Shown here in pieces: positions 55,075 to 64,000 of a stretch of 64,000 nucleotides of DNA. Source of the DNA: Eledone cirrhosa (lineage: Eukaryota); the NCBI GenBank assembly GCA_964016885.1, contig OZ024754.1, positions 29,822,001-29,886,000 of the forward strand, given 5' to 3'. A program made the translations under genes and the position numbers. The notes under the pieces were generated by a model that saw nothing but the letters and a program-made list of their open reading frames with translations, searched no databases and had not been told where the DNA came from. How positions within the stretch are numbered: position 1 is the stretch's first letter; each line of letters begins with the position of its first letter.

Positions 55075-55198
55075 GGTCACAACATCTGGCAGAAAGAGCA
55101 ACATGAAATAAAGTGTCTTGCCCAAGGACATAAGACATCAAACTCGCAACCTCATGATTGCAAATCCAATTCTCTAGCCACGAAGCCACACGTCTTCA
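55075..55198 (-). mobile_element. CORE-type SINE fragment
   Basis: Reverse complement of 5569-5680 type sequence. Confidence 0.7.
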
Positions 55199-56702
55199 CC
55201 CTATATTTAATGGTAGACGTAAATATCATGTGAATGGCAACAAATAGTTCACGCCTGGTTTAAAATTGTTCAACACACTGATACAACCTATGTGAAACCT
55301 CTAATAAAAACTTCATGTTTCAATGGTTGAACAATTTAAATGCAGGATCTAAACTTTCTTACTACTCCCAAGGTATTTGTTTGAATCAATTAGTTAAATA
55401 ATGAAATAACTCCATCAATGATGCTTCAGAGAAAATACGGGGGATGGCTGAAAAATTCATAAGCTGAAAATGTCATACGTTGAAAAGTTCATAAGCTGAA
55501 AGGTTCATAGGCTGAACAAGATACACTCATGGAATGACCACATGAGGTTTATTCTTCAACATAGTCCCTGGGACGAAACAATTCGGTTATTAATAAGAAG
55601 AGTTAAAATTAATGAATTTCAGAGTTCTAGCATCACTTCCTCATAGTCAGCCTATCCGCGTATATAAAATACAATTGCCGAAGCCAAGCAATATGATTCA
55701 ACCCAGAATTTCATGCTCGTCAACCAAAATACTTAACCATCAAGTTGAAAATAGCAAATAAATCAATATTTGTTTTAATTTAGAGAAACTTTTATAATTT
55801 TTGTAGAATTGATTGGAAGCAGATTAACTTGAATATGTAGGACTTCTTGGTGGAACTAAGAAACGAATCAGAAAACCAAAATACATGATGTTTCAAAGTT
55901 GATTTTTAAAAAGAAATCTACTATTGTATATGCCATGAAGTGTCTTTTAAAGTTCTTGAGATATTTTAGATATCTTAATGATTCGCAGAAATAGCTTTTT
56001 CTTTATTTCCTATCTATTAATTGAATCTGCTTGGAAGTAAGCAATAGTATTTAAAAAGAAAACAGCTGAAACAATCTACTCCAACCACTCAAAATCTTTC
56101 CATCTAAATGAAATGCATTTTTGGAAATTACTGTAAATATTTATTCGACATATTAACCTTTATATTAAATATTTTTATCAGATATATATTTTCTGTGGAA
56201 AACAGTAAAAACGAATTTATATGGGAAAATTATTAATGTGATACGCTTTTTTATTTCTCTGAATTAGTGGGAAAACAGAATATATATACAGTAATTTAAC
56301 ATTTGAATATACTCTCAAGAAAACATATACACGCATATGCATGCACACAAATGTACACACACACACAGACACTCATACGCACACACATTCACGCACACAA
56401 AAGAACTCACTCATATACACAGAAAGAGATACTCATACGCACAGGAATGTAGTCACTCATACACAGACACAAAAGCCCACTCATAGGTTCACATACGCTC
56501 CACTTACATACAGTAATGTGTGGATGTATGTCTACGCAATTTCGTCTGTATGCGTCTGTTTTGCATTAACTGTTGTGCCTTTGTGTGGGTACTGGGACGT
56601 GTGTAAATGCTTATATCTACTATATATGTAAGCATATATATATACATAAGTATATATGTATGTATATATCGATCGATCTATCAATCTATCTATATATCTA
56701 TC

Positions 56703-56885
<183 letters not shown>

Positions 56886-56919
56886 ACACACACATATATA
56901 TATATAAAATATATAAACA

Positions 56920-56953
<34 letters not shown>

Positions 56954-57142
56954 GGTATGTATACATATGTTCACATAATTATGCGCATAAATATATACGC
57001 GTTGTTGGTATAATTATATATATATATATAACATACATACATACACACACACACATAATACATCCAAACACACATACATCCAAACACACATACATACATA
57101 CATACATACATACATACATACATACATACATACATACATACA

Positions 57143-57175
<33 letters not shown>

Positions 57176-57510
57176 TTATAACAGATAAGAATTTTAAACC
57201 GCAACAATTATTTTTTGAGGCCTACATTAATATAGCAGCGAATAGTTGTCTATAAGATATATATGTATGTTCAGTGTCTAATTAGGTATGTGTATATATT
57301 TCAGTTAATTTGATTTCTAATAAGGTAGGGATATGAAAAAGAGAGCGTATATGTGTAAACATAGATGTAAATGGTGTATTCATTTCTTTCTTTTAAACAC
57401 ACACATATTCATAAATATACAAATACACACACAAACCCATAATTACACACACACATACACATACACACATGCAGAGAGAGGAAATGTTTCAGATAATTCA
57501 GCCAAACATA

Positions 57511-57559
<49 letters not shown>

Positions 57560-57574
<15 letters not shown>

Positions 57575-57636
57575 AATGTATACGTACATACATATATGTA
57601 TACAGACGTACAGTAGTATGTATATATACACATACA

Positions 57637-57673
<37 letters not shown>

Positions 57674-58300
57674 GTATGGGTTTACCGAACATTTATTATA
57701 ATGTTCTGTTTGTATGTAAACAAACAGCCCGAATTAAGCCGTACAGTGTTCGGTAACCATCGTTGCCCTTTTGTTCAACACTGAAATTAGGCTACTGAAA
57801 ACGGATGTGTATATGAGCTGACTGGTTTCTGCGTATGGACGTCGACTAGGGAGACAATTCAAGTTAGACTGGTGAAAGGGAGACGATTTACGTTTGAGTT
57901 TATCCTGGGTAAAATTTACCCTGAGTCCTTGTAGTTACGTAAGATATATTTCGCACCGTGGGAGCAGTGATTAAAAAATTACTGTTATTTAATCTCTGCA
58001 AGATAGCTATTCGTTCATCGATACACGGCTTACAAGACAAATTTTCATTTTCGTATGGCCTAGATTTGGTTAGAACTTTCCATTGAAAGGAGTAACCGAC
58101 CTCTGCATCTTTGAGTGACCATATGTGGCTTGCAAGCTTCGTGGACGATCGCTTATCCGAATGTCTAAAAGTCGTCTGATGGTTAAGGAGGCGTTCTTTA
58201 AACCGGCCCTCCGCCATACCTACATATGTTTTGACCTCCTATTGTTGGTTTGATCGAATAGAAGTAACTTCAGCCTATTGCGGGCATGTTTCTGGTATTC
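57560..58300 (-). mobile_element. PLE GIY-YIG fragment and 3' end
   Basis: TYVGMAEGRFKERLLNH...TKLASHIWSLKD; 3' end 57570-57770 homologous to 20800-21020. Confidence 0.85.
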
Positions 58301-59039
58301 TGCGAGAGCATTCGGATGTAGTTTATTTCATCACAAAGGGTTTTTTGAATAGATAATCTGTCACGGAATGTTTTAGCACATATCTACTATTAACAAAATA
58401 TTTCTGTATGCTTAACTATTTCGTGACTACATTTCTGATATACACTGTATTTCAATTACTCAAGTAATTGGAGGGATTTTCTAGAATTATTGATTATTTC
58501 ATTACTGACGGAGAACATATGAGTCTTTATAAAATTATGTTAGAAGATTTTAATCAAAATATGAACATTCTATTAATTAATGAAAATTTGTGAAGGGTTT
58601 ACGAAAATAATTAATTATTTCATTATTAAACGGTATTTGGAAAACGGGAGACAAAAGGTTCTTACATATAGTTGAACGTTTTAAATTGCACGTCTCCCCT
58701 AAAATGGGTGATTTTGTTTCATAGAACCAGAGTCGTTTTGGAGCATGCTGATATGAAATGGATTAAATAATCATTTTCTTCATCCACACATCATTAATAT
58801 ACTTTGAAGGTGACTACATCTGATTATTAAACACGAACGCTAACTGCATGTTCTTAGTTACATTACTTTTAATCAAACAATTGCAACGTTACACCAAATA
58901 AGCTAGGTGTCGCCATCTACTTAGATTTCAACTTACTTAACTAACTTCATATCTATTTAGTATCCTTCAACTCATAATTTAACGCATAATTCAATTTCCT
59001 TTTATGAAATCAAATATAATGAAATGGAATGGACCTCAA

Positions 59040-61180
59040 GCGGTTTCTACGATGAGTGTTCTCGTAATTTTATGAAAGGAACAGCCAGCTTATGAAATTA
59101 ACGAGCAAGTGGCAGGGCATTCCAGATAAACATATTCATATAACTTAATCCGGGTGGAGATTCAGCATGTCACTGTGTGAGAAGACTGACCTTTGGAGTT
59201 ATAGGTAGAATCCATTTTGTATTATACTGTAAATAACTGAACATTCCGCAGACACGTGGAGCCTTAATGTAATTCTCGTGAGATTCAGCATGACAGTGTA
59301 TAAGGAGACTGGTCTTTTGAATTACTAAATTTTTTTCCACACGTTGACGCGTATGTGTGTATGTGTGTGTGCGTGTGTACATGTGTATATGTGTGTGCGT
59401 GTGAGTATATGTGTGTGTATGTGCATTATTTTATGTAAAAGTATATAAATAAAAATGCACAAACACAGACACATAAAAATACACTCACAGACATTCATTC
59501 ACACAAACACACACATACATACATTTAAACAAACACACACATACACATACACTCACACACAGTGTAACAAATGGAACACCAGCCGCTGTTTTGCTATAGC
59601 TTTTTGCCCATCCACTTTCTTCCTTTTACACACACATAACATAAACACACACACACACAAATTAACACAAACACACACACAAAAACACACACACACATTG
59701 TGTGACGGACGGAAGTCGCTCAGATTTCTCTATAGATGAGTAGAATCTATTTTGTATTATACTGTAGATGATTGAACATTCCGCAGACCCGTGAAGTCTT
59801 AACGTAATTCTCGGGAGGTTCAGCGTTAAACATTGTCTAACAAAAATTGCTTTTTGAATTACTGGTACAGTCCAGCTGACGACCTTCCAAATATTTTCCG
59901 TCTACCCAATTTCTCTCACAAGGATCGATCACCGAAATATATGATTGCGAAGCGATTTATTTAGTCAAGTATAAGTAGTATTAGCATTATCCTTAACGTT
60001 TCCTTGCTGAGAATTATGGGAGAAATCGATAATTAACTATTCGTGTTACATTCACGCCATTCATGTTATTCCAACTCGTGTTAAAAGTGCGACTACAGAG
60101 ATATTCCTTTCATTCACTACATTAATGGTTCACTAACATTACATGTTTCACTAACATTACATGTTTCAGCTACATTGTAATTGCTTCACAGGATAGACAA
60201 ATAAAAGTTGATGGAATGTGACACCTTATCACAACTGAAAGAGCTTTAGACTAACACAGCCTACGAGGGTCGCCTGAAAAGTTCATAGGATGACAATGAA
60301 TGGCGGATACTAACACTGTGAAGTCTTGCTTGCATTAATTTCAACTTTTTTTTATAATGTTTCTTACTATATTGTTTCTTCCCAGGGACTATGTTGAAAA
60401 ATAAACCTCATTTGGTCATTCCTTGAGAGTATGAACTCTCAGCCTATGAACTGTTCGGCCGACTCTCGGATTTTTGTTATTATCTTTATTTGGTGTCTAC
60501 ATAATTTTCCTTTTTCGTTATTTCTCAAAACACCCGAACATGATGGTGTTTGGAGATCTGGCATTAATGTATACGAGGAAAATAAACATTTTGAGAAGGG
60601 TTTCAATCAGAATGTGTGTGTTGTAATTCTTGCAACATATTTAAAGTTAACCTGAACATTCTGAACTACAATTCATTCTGTTATGGAGGCTATAATACGT
60701 CTGTGCTGGTCCTCCATCGGTTCTGACGATGAACATTCCGGTTGTTCGTACCATGAAACAGCTTGTGAAATTAACGTGCTGGACATTTTACAGACAGGTA
60801 TAACTTTAATGTAGTTCTTAGGAAGTTCGGTGTTACACAGTGTGTGTATCAAGACTGGAATCTTGAATTATTGGCATAGACCATCTTATATTCTAGTGAA
60901 CGTGACTGAGCATTCCACAGGCATGTGCACTCTTGATACACTTCTGAAGGGATTCAGATACAATCCATTTTTGCTAGCTAAGTGCACTGGAAGAAGCAAG
61001 GTGAAATGAAGCGTCTTGGTCGAGGACATTACATGCCCTTGTGAACTGAAAGCATGTCAGTACAATACATTTTTACTAGTTAAGTGGGTTGAAAAAAATG
61101 TCATGCATAATGACACCTGGTACTGCCAGGATTGGAACTCACGAGCACAACACACTATCCACTAAACCACGTCACATGCT
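59040..61180 (+). repeat. Cluster of old copies of a common dispersed repeat
   Basis: Recurrent GAAATTAACG..CAAGTGGC...CATTCC.CAGAC...TTAA.GTA.TTCTC...GATTCAGC motifs; also at 13550-13710. Confidence 0.6.
60262..60470. mobile_element. Mariner-type MITE
   Basis: TIRs TACGAGGGTCGCCTGAAAAGTTCATAGG / CCTATGAACTGTTCGGCCGACTCTCG; related relic at 55436-55660. Confidence 0.7.
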
Positions 61181-62559
61181 CTAAAATATATTGTTATAGA
61201 CTGTAAAATAGCATGTCATTTATTATTTCAATCTCGGCTTTAGTAAAACTCGCCTTTAGTCGGTCTGGTGAACATTCCTTATCTACGTGACTAATGGGGT
61301 TTCATTAAATATAAAATAAAGAGTTAAGTACTTCGATATGACTAGAATTATGTTACAAATGCTGCTTGTATCAGTTCTGTTGAAGCAGTTGTAGCTTCTT
61401 CTGCAGCATTTGCTGTTGTTGTAGGATATTGATAATTACCGATTAAAATTAAGAGAATTAAGACGTTTATTGTTATAAAGTGTCTAACAAAAGAAAATCT
61501 CTAAGAGGGATTAGCATTGAAACTAAGCACTGCACAATATGACGCGGAAAGCCGGCTACTTAAGAATTTTAGAATAAAATTAATTAATTAATTTTGAAAC
61601 TAGAGAAATGGAAAGAGTAACAGAAAGAGAGAGAGGGTGGAGAGAAAAGAGACATCTATAGCCTTCCTGAATTTCTGCTGAGAACTTTTACTCATTAATT
61701 GAAGCCGATCTAACAGGAACAGGAAACTACATCACTTTGATTAAAATAGACACTTTATAAAGCAGAGAAGAAAAGAATGAAAAGGAAAGCAAGAGTGTGG
61801 AAGTAGAGAAAAGGTTTTCAGGCAATAGCGTATTATAGTAACAAAAGAAACTCAACTGATAGATTCTCATGATATTACAATGCTCACAGCAAAGATTGAA
61901 TTATTTATCAAGCCTTTCTAAGAGTCTGAAAACTGTAGTTCGCAACAAAACTACTACAGCCGACACTAGCAATCGAGTATGACTTGGTAGCATGTAACGT
62001 GCTTTCGCAAAAACGCTCAATGCAGCTACGTGTAGAGACACAGGCAGTCTCTGGACTCTCACTCGTTCGATCCAGTGGAACATCCAGGATGGGACATATG
62101 ATAAAATAGAGGGTTGCACCAGCACTGAGCTGGTAGTTCCTTTATCGACTTTGTAAGGATGAAGGCCAGAGTGAACCTTAGCGATATTTGAACTCATTCC
62201 CTAGAGACCCGGAACAGATACCCAACACTCTGACTATCAACGAAATCTATCATCTTAATTCACAACAACAAGTACAAGAAGACTGTTGGAAGATATAAAT
62301 ATGTAGTTAGGATTTCCCACTAAATTCTAGAGAATACAAAAACTTTGAATGTTCTAATATCTATGCTCTGTAATAAATAATCAATACTACATGGCAATGT
62401 AGTGGGTAAAGTGTTCGTTCGAGCTTGTGGGGTTCTGATTCAGTGTCCACCGCGTAGCGGCACAATTCGGCAAGTGTTTTGTACTAGCCTCGAATTGACT
62501 TGTGAACCCTTGTGAATGGAATTCGGTAGAGGAAAATGTGAGATAGACGGTCTCACACA

Positions 62560-62646
<87 letters not shown>

Positions 62647-62647
62647 T

Positions 62648-62880
62648 GGAGGCACGTGGCATAGTGGTAAGGTTATTGGATTTAGGATCATAATGTCGTG
62701 GGTTGCCTGTTGTGTTCTTGAGCAAAACACTTCATTTCACGCTGCTCCAGTATACTCAGCTGAAAATGAGTACCAGCAATATCTCGTATTGTCTTGTACT
62801 CTCAGTCGCGTCACGCTATGAAACCGGAATAAGCACCGGCCAAATGAGCCTTTTGGCTTAAGACAGACTTTAGACTTTTT
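62648..62880 (+). mobile_element. CORE-type SINE, family 2
   Basis: tRNA-like head, TTCTTGAGCAAAACACTT core, short tandem tail. Confidence 0.8.
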
Positions 62881-62894
62881 TATATATACATACC

Positions 62895-62961
<67 letters not shown>

Positions 62962-62993
62962 AGATCAAAAGATGGTTAAAAGAGTTCCAAGTA

Positions 62994-63060
62994 TTTCATT
63001 ATGCGCATTTCAAAAACAAATATCATCATGGGATGATATCTGCGTTCTCATCAGATAAAA
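62994..63060 (-). ncRNA. Type I hammerhead (inverted arm)
   Basis: Reverse-complement counterpart of 63175-63241. Confidence 0.7.
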
Positions 63061-63174
63061 TAGGGAGACATGATATGAAGCTTAAAAAAGACTTGTGACC
63101 AGTGAAGTTTTAAATCAACATAAAAAACTTCACTGGTCACAAGTGTTTTTTAAGCTTCATATCATGTCTCCCTA

Positions 63175-63241
63175 TTTTATCTGATGAGAACGCAGATATC
63201 ATCACATGATGATATTTGTTTTTGAAATGCGCATAATAAAA
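63175..63241 (+). ncRNA. Type I hammerhead (32651 family)
   Basis: ttttat-CTGATGA-...cagatatcatc-acat-gatgatatttg...-GAAA-tgcgca-TA-ataaaa. Confidence 0.8.
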
Positions 63242-64000
63242 TACTTGGAACTCTTTTAACCATCTTTTGATCTTATATTATTTATACTCCAGTCCTACAA
63301 ACTGTAGAGTGCTACTTATCCGATATTTGCATTGCTTTATTGTGCTACATTAAAACTCACCTCCTACATATATACATATATATATATACATATATATATA
63401 TATGCGCGTGTGGGTGTGTGGTTTTCCGTGTCCCGGAACATAGTGCTTCGCTAAAATAAGTACCAGGTTTTACTAAGTAAGTACTTACGTTGATATGGTT
63501 TTCTAGAATCGTTTCAGAGTTGTGCTCCAGCATGTCAGACTGAAACCAATAATAGTATAAAAGAATACTGACAAAATGTCAACGAAAACAAGAAGCTGGC
63601 TGGACGCGTGGATATTACAAACAACTATTTAATAAGCCTTGGAAGAATGGACAGAAATTTCCAAATAGAAAATAGAAGCTATCAATAACGAGCAAAAGAG
63701 CACACGAAAAGGCTGCACGCTATGTATACAGACGAAAAGACTACTGTCTATTTATGTTATTCATGTCATGGTAAATCTGATATTGATAATACCACCTCAA
63801 AACTGGCGAGCTAAGGTAGAAATTGTTCAATGGCTTAAAGGTCAACAATTTAGTCTTTCTAAGACCAAGATTAATATGGTAAAAATGAACTATTGTTATG
63901 TGGACGGAATAAGTGGCCACTTGTACGTGTACTAGAACTGTATTTCATTCAAGTGTGTAAGTTAAAAAGATTTCAGAGATGTGTCACAATGGAAGATAAG

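Noticed and set aside
61355-61445. Coding-looking stretch on minus strand (YPTTTANAAEEATTAS)
   Set aside because: No clear splice sites or recognisable domain

Overview
AT-rich, microsatellite-saturated eukaryotic DNA. The SINE families, (TA)n/(CA)n load and dispersed repeats resemble an octopod cephalopod (inference). No host gene can be supported: most listed ORFs are translations of microsatellites. The window is a retroelement graveyard containing tRNA-derived SINEs, an R4/Dong-like LINE, CRE-like LINEs, about 8 Penelope-like element (PLE) fragments (RT and/or GIY-YIG), MITEs and a 2.1-kb 32-bp minisatellite. The main hidden signal, found by manual folding, is about 23 type I hammerhead ribozyme (HHR) motifs in more than a dozen unrelated short elements sitting in (TA)n tracts or at PLE 3' ends. 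Several carry family-level core variants (U3-A8 covariant, U4C, U4A), large domain-II insertions or palindromic stem III, and some fold-back inversions are centred on the ribozyme. HHRs in PLEs and retrozymes are established; the density, diversity and variant cores are what deserve follow-up. All structures were folded by eye and cleavage activity is untested.
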